A stretch of 42,721 bases of DNA. It comes from Flavobacterium sp. Lineage in GTDB: Bacteria; Bacteroidota; Bacteroidia; Flavobacteriales; Flavobacteriaceae. Under the pieces are notes generated by a model, which saw only the letters and a program-made list of their open reading frames with translations, did not search any database and had not been told where the DNA came from. This document shows positions 34,224 to 42,721 of the stretch, one piece after another. The stretch lies in the NCBI GenBank assembly GCA_044371865.1, contig JBILST010000001.1, forward strand, positions 1 through 42,721. Reading direction: 5' to 3'. The translations under genes were made by a program, and so were the position numbers. How positions within the stretch are numbered: position 1 is the first letter of the stretch; the number at the start of each line of letters is the position of its first letter.

Positions 34224-35324
34224 CTACATTGATTTTTTCTGTTTTTCCACAAATCCATCAGCTTGGAGTTTTAGCAATTCCATAGCACTTTTCTTTTTGT
34301 AGTTGTACAGTTCTTTATCTTCTTTGATGTCGGCATAAACCTTATCGTAAATTTCGGCATCGGTTTGTTTTTGTAATTCGCTTTGGTAACGATTTTGCGC
34401 CAACATATTTTTGATGCCCATTTCGTTATCTTCCTGTTTGAAATCGTATTCGCTTTTGGGTGATAATAATTTGGCAATAATAGGCGAAGTTTCAATTGCT
34501 AAAAATAACAGCATAATGAAAAACGAAGGTAAGAAAGGTAATTTATTCAGCGCATTAATTCGAGCCATTAAACCGTCGAATCCTTCAATAATAGGTTGGG
34601 TTTCGGTGACTTTTTTATCCAAATCAGCTTGTAAGATTTTGGATTTGGCTTCTAAATCGGTGATTTTTGCTTGGTTTGCAGCTTTTAAAGTGGCTAAATC
34701 TTGCATAGAAGCATCGTGTTTTTCACGTTTTTCTTTATAAACCGGACCTTTGCCTAATTTTTTAGTTCCAGCAGTTCCTTCAGCTTCTGTGATGTAAACC
34801 GAATATAAATCGTTTACTTCTTTTTCTTTTTTAAGAATATCCGATTTTAAACTATCAATTTGCGCTTTGTTTTTATCTAAATCTGATTGAAAATAATTGG
34901 CTACTTGTTTTTTGTTGGCCAACATCATTTCATTTTTTTCTTTTAGTAAAACCGTATTGATTTCTTTTTCGAAGATTTTAATTTCCAAAGGTTTTGAAAT
35001 TACGATAGCAATAATAATCGCCAAAGTAATACGCGGAGTAGCCTGAATAAATTCGTCTAAAAAGCTATCTCTTTTTTTAATGGTAGAAACAATAAATCGA
35101 TCCAAATTAAAAATAAGCAACCCCCAAACTAAACCCAAAGCTATGGCAATAAATGCATTATCGAAAACGGTAAAAAGCGCATAAGCACTTGCAATAAAAG
35201 CCATTACGGCGGTGAAGAAAACGGTAGCTCCAATTCCGGCATATTTGTTTTGCTCGCCATTAGAACAACCATTAATTACGTCGGAATCTACGCCCGAACA
35301 TAACATAAAAAAACGTTTTAACAT
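34224..35324 (-). CDS. DUF4407 membrane/coiled-coil protein
   Basis: CSG, KYAGIGA.V.FT, LIFNLDR.IV, ISKPLE..IF, E.EG..GT...G.GP, G.MAR..AL. Confidence 0.82.
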   Translation of the reverse strand: MLKRFFMLCSGVDSDVINGCSNGEQNKYAGIGATVFFTAVMAFIASAYALFTVFDNAFIAIALGLVWGLLIFNLDRFIVSTIKKRDSFLDEFIQATPRITLAIIIAIVISKPLEIKIFEKEINTVLLKEKNEMMLANKKQVANYFQSDLDKNKAQIDSLKSDILKKEKEVNDLYSVYITEAEGTAGTKKLGKGPVYKEKREKHDASMQDLATLKAANQAKITDLEAKSKILQADLDKKVTETQPIIEGFDGLMARINALNKLPFLPSFFIMLLFLAIETSPIIAKLLSPKSEYDFKQEDNEMGIKNMLAQNRYQSELQKQTDAEIYDKVYADIKEDKELYNYKKKSAMELLKLQADGFVEKQKKSM

Positions 35325-35413
35325 GATGATTGATTTTGATGATTGATGATATACAAATTTAACGCCAAAATTTTCAAGTTGTTGTTAAATTGTTGAAAAA
35401 TAGTTTGAAAAAG

Positions 35414-35442
35414 AAAAACCCTCACATTGCTGCAAGGGTTTC
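35414..35442 (-). terminator. Probable terminator after ahcY
   Basis: AAACCCT...AGGGTTT with an A-run on the left. Confidence 0.5.
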
Positions 35443-35475
35443 TATAGTCTTATACTTAATACTTTTGTCTTAATA

Positions 35476-36792
35476 CTAATATCTGTAATATTCTGGTTTG
35501 AATGGGCCTTGTACTTCTACACCAATATATGCTGCTTGGTCATCACGTAAAGTTTCTAATTCAACGCCTAATTTAGCTAAGTGTAAAGCGGCTACTTTTT
35601 CATCTAAATGTTTAGGTAACATGTACACTTCATTTTTGTAAGCAGAAATATTAGTCCATAATTCAATTTGAGCTAACGTTTGGTTTGTAAATGAATTACT
35701 CATTACAAAACTTGGGTGACCTGTAGCACAACCTAAGTTTACTAAACGACCTTCAGCTAAAATGATAAAATCTTTTCCGTTGATAGTATATTTATCTACT
35801 TGTGGTTTAATTTCGATTTTAGATGCACCATGGTTTTTGTTTAACCAAGCCATATCAATTTCGTTATCAAAGTGACCAATGTTACAAACGATAGTTTTGT
35901 CTTTCATTTGCTCAAAGTGAGAACCTAAAACGATATCTTTATTTCCAGTAGTTGTAATAATAATGTCGGCATTACCAACAACAGTATTTAATTTTTTAAC
36001 TTCAAAACCGTCCATTGCTGCTTGTAAAGCACAAATTGGATCAATTTCAGTAACCGTTACAATAGAACCAGCGCCTCTAAAAGAAGCCGCAGTTCCTTTT
36101 CCAACATCACCGTAACCACAAACAACTACTCTTTTTCCAGCTAACATAATGTCTGTCGCTCTTCTAACAGCATCAACAGCCGATTCCTTACATCCGTATT
36201 TGTTATCAAATTTAGATTTAGTAACCGAATCATTAACATTAATAGCAGGCATGTGTAATGTTCCAGCTTTCATTCTTTCGTACAAACGGTGAACTCCAGT
36301 TGTAGTTTCTTCTGATAATCCATTGATTCCAGGAATTAATTCTGGGTAACGGTCAAAAACCATGTTTGTTAAATCTCCACCATCATCCAAAATCATGTTT
36401 AATGGTTTTCTATCTTCACCAAAGAATAAAGTTTGCTCAATACACCAATCAAAATCTTCTTCATTCAAACCTTTCCAAGCATATACTTGAATTCCAGCAG
36501 CAGCAATAGCAGCAGCAGCCTGATCTTGCGTTGAGAAAATGTTACAAGAAGACCATGTAACTTCAGCGCCTAAAGCAATTAAAGTTTCAATTAAAACAGC
36601 AGTTTGGATTGTCATGTGAAGACATCCAGCAATTCTAGCTCCTTTTAAAGGTTGACTAGCGCCATATTCTGCTCTTAAAGCCATTAAACCTGGCATTTCA
36701 GCTTCAGCTAATTCAATCTCTTTTCTTCCCCAAGCTGCAAGTGAAATGTCTTTCACTTTATAAGCTACATAAGGTAATGTTTGTGTACTCAT
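35476..36792 (-). CDS. ahcY: Adenosylhomocysteinase
   Basis: [45 protein letters not shown]. Confidence 0.98.
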   Translation of the reverse strand: MSTQTLPYVAYKVKDISLAAWGRKEIELAEAEMPGLMALRAEYGASQPLKGARIAGCLHMTIQTAVLIETLIALGAEVTWSSCNIFSTQDQAAAAIAAAGIQVYAWKGLNEEDFDWCIEQTLFFGEDRKPLNMILDDGGDLTNMVFDRYPELIPGINGLSEETTTGVHRLYERMKAGTLHMPAINVNDSVTKSKFDNKYGCKESAVDAVRRATDIMLAGKRVVVCGYGDVGKGTAASFRGAGSIVTVTEIDPICALQAAMDGFEVKKLNTVVGNADIIITTTGNKDIVLGSHFEQMKDKTIVCNIGHFDNEIDMAWLNKNHGASKIEIKPQVDKYTINGKDFIILAEGRLVNLGCATGHPSFVMSNSFTNQTLAQIELWTNISAYKNEVYMLPKHLDEKVAALHLAKLGVELETLRDDQAAYIGVEVQGPFKPEYYRY

Positions 36793-36921
36793 CTATTATG
36801 TATATTTGTATATTCTTAATTAGGGCGCAAAATTACAAAATAAGTTTTTATTTTCTGAAAGAATTTAAGTATTTTGTGAATTGTTTAATATTCTAATGAT
36901 TTGAAAAACAACAAAATATAA

Positions 36922-37551
36922 ATGCCAATATATAAAACCTTACATATAAACGAAACCACCACGGCGTACTTTTGGCACATTACCGAAGACGTAACTTCAT
37001 TATTTAGAGCAGTTTCGTTAAAAGACACATCCCTTTTTCGCTTAGAAGGAATGAAATCTGAAGCCCATCAAAGAGGGTTTTTAGCTGTTCGAATGTTATT
37101 GCAATATTTGGGTTACACCGATTACGATTTAACTTATGATGCATCTGGAAAACCACATTTAGGTGATGGAAAGCAAATATCAATTTCTCATTCACACGAA
37201 TTTTCATGTATTTGTATAAGTACCGAATTAATGGGAATTGACATAGAAAAATGCAAAGAAAAGACGCTTAAAATTGCGCCTAGATTTTTAGAAATAAAAC
37301 ATTTAGAAGGCCTTTCTATTCCCGATAAAATTGCAAAAGCAACTGTGATTTGGGGAGTAAAAGAGTCTATTTTTAAAATTAAAAATGAAGTTGGAATTAG
37401 TTTTCCAGAACATATTTTTGAAGATGAATTTGATTTAATTGACGGAAAGTGTTCGGCTAATTTGCATTTTAATAACAAAATAGAAAACTTTAATATTCAA
37501 TTTTATAACATAGAAGAGTATATCTTTGTGTGTGTTTTCCCGAAAAATTAA
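36922..37551 (+). CDS. 4'-phosphopantetheinyl transferase family protein
   Basis: GKP.L, ISISHS, GIDIE, W..KES.FK. Confidence 0.88.
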   Translation: MPIYKTLHINETTTAYFWHITEDVTSLFRAVSLKDTSLFRLEGMKSEAHQRGFLAVRMLLQYLGYTDYDLTYDASGKPHLGDGKQISISHSHEFSCICISTELMGIDIEKCKEKTLKIAPRFLEIKHLEGLSIPDKIAKATVIWGVKESIFKIKNEVGISFPEHIFEDEFDLIDGKCSANLHFNNKIENFNIQFYNIEEYIFVCVFPKN

Positions 37552-37552
37552 A

Positions 37553-38269
37553 ATGCAAAACTTATATCAAAAGATACTTCAAGCAAAAACGAACCGTCAA
37601 AAACTATTGGCTATTTTAATTGATCCTGAAAAGGTTTCAATTGAACAAGCTGTGGTTTTATCTGAGAAAATAAAAAATTCACCCGCTACACATATTTTTG
37701 TAGGTGGAAGCACTTTCAATGGAACGCATTTAGATGAATTAATTTCTGTCATTAAGACAACGACTCAACTGCCAGTTTTGATTTTTCCAGGTCATCCTTC
37801 TCAGATTTCTAATGAAGCCGATGGGATTTTATTTCTAAGTTTACTTTCAGGCCGAAATCCAGAATATTTGATTGAACATCATATCAATTCCGTTGAAATA
37901 TTAGTACAATCTAAACTAGAAATTATTCCCACAGGTTATTTGTTAATTGATGGAGGAAAAGAAACCGCAGTTCAACGCGTAAGTCAAACATTACCTATTG
38001 AACAAGACAATATCGAATTGGCATATAAAACCGCAAAAGCAGGCGAATTTCTTGGAAAAAAGTTGATATATTTAGAAGCCGGAAGCGGTGCTAACCAGCA
38101 TGTTTCTTTAGAAATGATTCAATATGTAGCTCAGAATATTGATATTCCATTAATTGTGGGTGGCGGCATTCGTTCTATGAAAACAATAAAAGAAGTTTAC
38201 GATGCGGGAGCTGATTTAGTTGTAATTGGAACGGCGTTTGAAAACGATAGTAATTTCTTTTCGTTATGA
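37553..38269 (+). CDS. Geranylgeranylglyceryl/heptaprenylglyceryl phosphate synthase
   Basis: LIDPEK, VGGS, LIFPG, LLSGRNP, YLEAGSG, VGGGIR; ATG 37553. Confidence 0.9.
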   Translation: MQNLYQKILQAKTNRQKLLAILIDPEKVSIEQAVVLSEKIKNSPATHIFVGGSTFNGTHLDELISVIKTTTQLPVLIFPGHPSQISNEADGILFLSLLSGRNPEYLIEHHINSVEILVQSKLEIIPTGYLLIDGGKETAVQRVSQTLPIEQDNIELAYKTAKAGEFLGKKLIYLEAGSGANQHVSLEMIQYVAQNIDIPLIVGGGIRSMKTIKEVYDAGADLVVIGTAFENDSNFFSL

Positions 38270-38880
38270 TAGAGTTTTTGTTTTCTCAGTATAAAAACTA
38301 TTCCAATCTTTTTATTTTTCTCGAATTAACCGCTGTTGTTTTTGGAATTATAAGCGTTTTATTTGCTAGAATAAACAATATTTTGGTTTATCCAACTGGT
38401 TTGGTAAGCACTTTGATTTTTGTTTACATTTTGTTTGAATGCAAAATGTATGGCGATTTTATTGTAAATATCTACTATTCTATTATGAGTATTTTAGGGT
38501 GGTATTTATGGACTAGGAAGAAAAATGGCACAGATGAGTTTGCAATATCTATCATGAATTCAAAGGATTATTTAATTTCTAGCGTTATTTTTACAGGAAC
38601 CTTACTGTTTATTGCATTTATTTACCATTTTTTTGATAAATTTACCAATTGGACAGCATATGTTGACACACTTACTACAGCGTTATTTTTTGTAGGAATG
38701 TGGCTTATGGCCCAACGAAAAATTGAAAACTGGATTATTTGGATTGTTGCCGATTTTATTTCGGTTCCTTTGTATTTTTATAAAGGATTAACGTTCTCTA
38801 GTCTACAGTTTATATTATTTACAATTATTGCTATTTTAGGTTATATAGAATGGAAAAGATTTTTACAGAAGCAGATATAA
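38266..38880 (+). CDS. pnuC: PnuC-family nicotinamide riboside transporter
   Basis: Multi-TM; GWYLW, DTLTT, MAQRKIENWIIWI..D. Confidence 0.88.
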   Translation: MIEFLFSQYKNYSNLFIFLELTAVVFGIISVLFARINNILVYPTGLVSTLIFVYILFECKMYGDFIVNIYYSIMSILGWYLWTRKKNGTDEFAISIMNSKDYLISSVIFTGTLLFIAFIYHFFDKFTNWTAYVDTLTTALFFVGMWLMAQRKIENWIIWIVADFISVPLYFYKGLTFSSLQFILFTIIAILGYIEWKRFLQKQI

Positions 38881-40385
38881 ATTATATATTACAAAGAGGG
38901 AGTACTATTGAAAAAGTAGAACAACAATTATTACTTTTTATACAAGGAATCCCCAAAATTAATTTAGTAAAATCGGCAACCGTTGGCGATGGTATTTGGC
39001 GTTTTTCAGAAAGCGATATTCATTCGTTTATTAATTATTTTGATAAACATAAAGATAAATATGCAATAGAGAAATTTGTTCCTGCTTCGGGAGCGGCAAC
39101 TCGTATGTTTAAATTTTTAAATGAATTTTTAAATGAATTTGATGCCGAAAATGACACCATTAATAGTTACATCAACAAAAAAAACGCAAAAGATGTTTCT
39201 ATATTTATTTTTGGATTAAAAAACTTTCCTTTTTACAGAGAATTAAAAAAGAAAACACTCGATTTATTTCCTGATTATTACTCATTGTCTAATGATAAAA
39301 GACATTATGCTTTAATTAAAACATTATTGAGTGAAGAAGGTTTAAATTATGCTCAGAAACCTAAGGGAATTTTGCCTTTTCATTTTAAATCGGATGCAAT
39401 TGTTACTCCTATAGAAGAAAATATTTTTGAAGCAGATTTCTTTAAAAAGACCAATGGTAAGACTAAAATTCATTTCACAATAAATAAAGAATTTCAATTC
39501 GAATTTGAGAAAATAACGAATCTTTTCTCTGGATATGAAATTAACTTTTCTTACCAAGACCAATCTTCAGACACTTTAGCGGTGAATGATGATAATACAC
39601 CCTTCCGTTTAGAAGACAATAAATTGTTTTTTAGACCTGGCGGACACGGTGCTTTGATTGAAAATTTAAATGCATTACAATCAGATGTGATTTATATTAA
39701 AAACATAGACAATGTTTCTCAAAATCATTCAGATGTAATAACTCTTTACAAGAAATTATTAGGCGGTGTATTGTTTAGAATGCAATATCAAATTTTTGAT
39801 TATTTAAATAAACTTTATAAAGGAAATTTAACAGAAACTGAAATAACCGAAATTAAAGATTTTGCCGAAAATAAGGCAGCTTTTCCATTGCCAGAGGAAT
39901 TTAATTATTTTCAAACAGCCTATAAAATTGAATATTTAATCAAAGTATTAAACCGTCCAATTCGTGTTTGTGGAATGGTTAAAAATGAAGGTGAACCTGG
40001 CGGTGGGCCATTTTGGGTGCAAGATGAAAAAGGCCGACATACGCTTCAAATTGTAGAATCGTCTCAAATAGATACCAACAACAAAACTCAAAAGAAAATT
40101 GCTAAAAAAGCTACACATTTTAATCCGGTTGATATTGTTTGTGGTGTGAAAAATTATAAAGGCGAAAAATTTGATTTAACTCAATTTGTAGATCCAAAAA
40201 CGGCATTTATTACAGAAAAAACAAAAGACGGAAAATCTATAAAAGCATTCGAATTGCCGGGATTGTGGAATGGTGCTATGGCTAAATGGACTACAATTTT
40301 TGTTGAGGTGCCTTTAGAAACTTTTAATCCAGTTAAAACAGTAAACGACTTGTTAAAATCGTCACATCAACCTGATAATGGATAA
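38850..40385 (+). CDS. DUF4301 family protein (nucleotide-diphospho-sugar transferase-like)
   Basis: FVPASGAATRMFK, PKG, FRPGGHGALI.NL, KNIDNV, GEPGGGPF, HFNPVD, LWNGAM, FNPVK. Confidence 0.88.
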   Translation: MEKIFTEADINYILQRGSTIEKVEQQLLLFIQGIPKINLVKSATVGDGIWRFSESDIHSFINYFDKHKDKYAIEKFVPASGAATRMFKFLNEFLNEFDAENDTINSYINKKNAKDVSIFIFGLKNFPFYRELKKKTLDLFPDYYSLSNDKRHYALIKTLLSEEGLNYAQKPKGILPFHFKSDAIVTPIEENIFEADFFKKTNGKTKIHFTINKEFQFEFEKITNLFSGYEINFSYQDQSSDTLAVNDDNTPFRLEDNKLFFRPGGHGALIENLNALQSDVIYIKNIDNVSQNHSDVITLYKKLLGGVLFRMQYQIFDYLNKLYKGNLTETEITEIKDFAENKAAFPLPEEFNYFQTAYKIEYLIKVLNRPIRVCGMVKNEGEPGGGPFWVQDEKGRHTLQIVESSQIDTNNKTQKKIAKKATHFNPVDIVCGVKNYKGEKFDLTQFVDPKTAFITEKTKDGKSIKAFELPGLWNGAMAKWTTIFVEVPLETFNPVKTVNDLLKSSHQPDNG

Positions 40386-40779
40386 ATCAATTATCGCATC
40401 TGAGTTTTCATTTAAAGCAGTGAGGAGCAGTGGGGCAGGTGGGCAAAATGTAAATAAAGTGTCATCAAAAGTGGTGCTTACTTTCGATTTAGTCAATTCA
40501 AAAGGATTAAAAGAGGAAGAGAAACAATTACTTCAAACTAAAATAGCTACCAAACTTACACAAGAAGGCATATTAATTATTACAAGCCAAGAAGATAGAA
40601 GTCAACTAAAAAATAAAGAAATTGCAATTAAAAAATGTTTCAAACTAATTGAAAATAATTTAATTGTCTTTAAAGAGCGAAAAGAAACTAAAATTCCAAG
40701 AGCTGTAAAAGAAAAACGCCTCAATGCTAAAAAAGTAATGAGCGTTTTAAAACAGAATAGAAAAAAGCCTAACTATTAA
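40378..40779 (+). CDS. arfB: Alternative ribosome rescue peptidyl-tRNA hydrolase ArfB
   Basis: RSSGAGGQNVNKV, RSQ..N, basic C-terminal tail. Confidence 0.92.
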   Translation: MDKSIIASEFSFKAVRSSGAGGQNVNKVSSKVVLTFDLVNSKGLKEEEKQLLQTKIATKLTQEGILIITSQEDRSQLKNKEIAIKKCFKLIENNLIVFKERKETKIPRAVKEKRLNAKKVMSVLKQNRKKPNY

Positions 40780-40863
40780 ATTTCAATAACGAATTCAAAA
40801 GTCAAGTTCAATAAAAATGAAATAAATTGAATTTTTGTATTGCAATTGTAATTGATATTGCTT

Positions 40864-40871
40864 TATCTTTG
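40864..40871 (+). promoter_or_regulatory. -7 promoter element for the riboswitch leader
   Basis: TATCTTTG immediately before the aptamer. Confidence 0.65.
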
Positions 40872-40875
40872 CCCC

Positions 40876-40958
40876 GTCTCAAAGGGGTGCTCTAAATAAC
40901 GAGCTGAGATCATACCCATAGAACCTAGAACAGATAATGCTGTTTAGGGAATTGACAA
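40876..40958 (+). ncRNA. TPP (thiamine pyrophosphate) riboswitch
   Basis: GGGGTGC...GCTGAGAT-CATACCC...GAACCT...GATAATGC...AGGGAA conserved TPP core. Confidence 0.9.
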
Positions 40959-41050
40959 AAATAAATGTGCACGTTTATTGGCGTTGAAGAGTATCAAATT
41001 TAATTTTTAACCAAGAGTAATTGCCCCTTTTATTCGTATTTATTTTACGA

Positions 41051-42721
41051 ATGAAAACTTTACTAAAACAAAGTACAAGGTACAAAGTACAAAGTACAAA
41101 GGCTTATATAAGTCTATTTTTTATTTTCTTTTCTCTTTTTTCTTTTTCACAAGAAAAACCTAAAGACAGTTTAAAAACAACTGAACTAAAAGAAGTTACG
41201 GTTTCTTCTGTAAGAGCAAAAGATAAAAACCCAATCACTTATACAAATCTTTCAAAAGAAGATATTGCACCAAGAAATTTAGGTCAAGATGTGCCGGTAT
41301 TGTTGCAATATTTGCCATCTGTAGTTAGTACAACCGATGCTGGAAATGGTGTAGGTTATACTTATATGAGAGTTCGTGGTGCTGATGGTTCTCGTATCAA
41401 TGTCACTTTAAACGGAGTTCCCTTTAACGATAGTGAAAGTCAAGGAACCTTTTTTGTGAATTTACCCGATTTTGCTTCTTCCTTAGAAAGTGTTCAGTTA
41501 CAACGCGGTGTTGGAACTTCAACAAACGGAGCTGGAGCTTTTGGTGCGAGTTTAAATATGCAAACCAAATCGTTTCAAGAAAAAGCTTATGCTGAGGTTT
41601 CAAATTCAGTAGGAAGTTTTGCCACTCGAAAACATACGATAGCTTTTGGAACAGGCTTGCATAACAATTTCGAAATGAATGCACGTATTTCTAACATAGC
41701 TTCGGATGGATTTATTGACAGAGCAACATCAAATATGTTTGGTTATTTTTTTAACACCAATTATATTACTGAGCAATCACAAGTGAAATTTTTAGCTTTT
41801 GGAGGCAAACAAAAAACCTATCAAGCGTGGTACGGAATTGAAGATCCAGAAAAATTAAAAAATGACCGTACATTCAATCCTGCAGGAATGTATACAGATG
41901 AATTTGGAAATGTGCAATTCTATGATAATGAGACTGATAATTATTGGCAAAATCATTTTCAATTGCATTGGACAGAAAAGTGGTCTGAAAAATGGATTTC
42001 AAACGCAGCATTGCATTACACGATTGGAAAAGGTTATTTTGAACAATACAAAGAAGATGAAGATTTAACCGATTACAATTTGCCTGATTTTAATGGGAAT
42101 TCGATTTCAGATTTAGTCAGAAAGCGATGGTTAGATAACGATTTTTTTGGAGCAACTTTTTCATTAAATTATCGAACACCAAAAACGGATTTGTTATTTG
42201 GAGGAGCGGCCAATCGTTATTTAGGAAAACACTTTGGGGAAGTTGTTTGGACTCAAAATTATGTTCCAAATCCTAATCGTTACTACGATAATTATGGTAA
42301 TAAAGATGATGTCAATTTCTATACAAAAGCATCTTATAATATTACAAGTCAACTGAATTTATTTGCCGATTTACAATACCGAATGGTGTTTTATGAAGCA
42401 ACAAGTGTTAAGTTTTCGGATGTGAATGATACTTTTCGTTTTTTTAATCCAAAAGCTGGGGTGAACTATCAATTAGATACTAAAAATTCCTTTTATGGCT
42501 TTTTAGGAGTTGCCAATAAAGAACCAAGACGCGATGATTATGAAAGCGGAAGCGTGAAACCAGAACGTTTAATAGATTATGAATTAGGTTGGAAATACAA
42601 TACTCAAAAAGTAAAAATTAGTGCCAATGCTTTTTATATGAATTACAAAGACCAATTGGTTTTAACTGGCGCATTAAACGATGTGGGTTCTCCAATTTTC
42701 ACTAACAGTGGAAAAAGTTAT
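41051..42721 (+). CDS. TonB-dependent receptor, probable thiamine uptake (3' truncated by window)
   Basis: Absent from the ORF track because it has no stop; signal peptide, LKEVTVSS TonB box, plug RVRG.D..RINVTLNGVPFND, VQLQRGVG; lies behind a TPP riboswitch. Confidence 0.9.
   Translation, partial: MKTLLKQSTRYKVQSTKAYISLFFIFFSLFSFSQEKPKDSLKTTELKEVTVSSVRAKDKNPITYTNLSKEDIAPRNLGQDVPVLLQYLPSVVSTTDAGNGVGYTYMRVRGADGSRINVTLNGVPFNDSESQGTFFVNLPDFASSLESVQLQRGVGTSTNGAGAFGASLNMQTKSFQEKAYAEVSNSVGSFATRKHTIAFGTGLHNNFEMNARISNIASDGFIDRATSNMFGYFFNTNYITEQSQVKFLAFGGKQKTYQAWYGIEDPEKLKNDRTFNPAGMYTDEFGNVQFYDNETDNYWQNHFQLHWTEKWSEKWISNAALHYTIGKGYFEQYKEDEDLTDYNLPDFNGNSISDLVRKRWLDNDFFGATFSLNYRTPKTDLLFGGAANRYLGKHFGEVVWTQNYVPNPNRYYDNYGNKDDVNFYTKASYNITSQLNLFADLQYRMVFYEATSVKFSDVNDTFRFFNPKAGVNYQLDTKNSFYGFLGVANKEPRRDDYESGSVKPERLIDYELGWKYNTQKVKISANAFYMNYKDQLVLTGALNDVGSPIFTNSGKSY
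41068..41102. repeat. ACAAAGT heptamer array in the receptor signal-peptide region
   Basis: ACAAAGT-ACAAGGT-ACAAAGT-ACAAAGT-ACAAAGG, reading QSTRYKVQSTK. Confidence 0.75.

Noticed and set aside
36793-36921. SAH or SAM riboswitch upstream of ahcY
   Set aside because: Short AT-rich leader with the -7 box close to the start and no aptamer motifs
9173-41102. Heptamer arrays as a CRISPR array
   Set aside because: No 23-50 bp repeats with unique spacers and no cas genes
3365-42068. Numerous short ORF-track entries overlapping real genes (e.g. 3365-3589, 5156-5524, 9378-9617, 14054-14347, 15246-15446, 18992-21346 set, 28497-28832, 34271-34740, 41424-41684, 41862-42068)
   Set aside because: Antisense or off-frame shadows of well-supported genes, with no recognisable motifs

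Overview
AT-rich chromosomal window from a Bacteroidota bacterium, most likely Flavobacterium. This rests on TAnnTTTG -7 promoter boxes, scarce Shine-Dalgarno sequences, an exonuclease-fused DnaE and a long S16. Most genes are core: PhoPR-like two-component system, trmB, mrp/nifU/ferredoxin reductase/ferredoxin, acyl-CoA dehydrogenase, trmN6-rimM-rpsP, dnaE, trxA, tRNA-Asp, ruvC, hemW, ahcY, GGGP synthase, pnuC, arfB and a TPP-riboswitch-controlled TonB-dependent receptor cut by the window end. Four things stand out. (1) A four-helix-bundle gene is enclosed by a perfect 32-bp inverted repeat built from 7-nt units, and related heptamer arrays recur as an empty hairpin, as solo arms just before start codons and inside coding sequences. 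(2) A YceI / outer-membrane beta-barrel / YceI cluster has a CRP/FNR-type palindrome at the same promoter position as a second one upstream of the ferredoxin reductase. (3) A 1.9-kb integrase-less islet at tRNA-Asp carries a start-less glycine-rich fragment fused to a GC hairpin, a putative immunity gene and a ParE-type TA pair. (4) A small-protein/nucleotidyltransferase cassette splits the reductase-ferredoxin pair. All family calls come from motif recognition by eye; no database searches were run.
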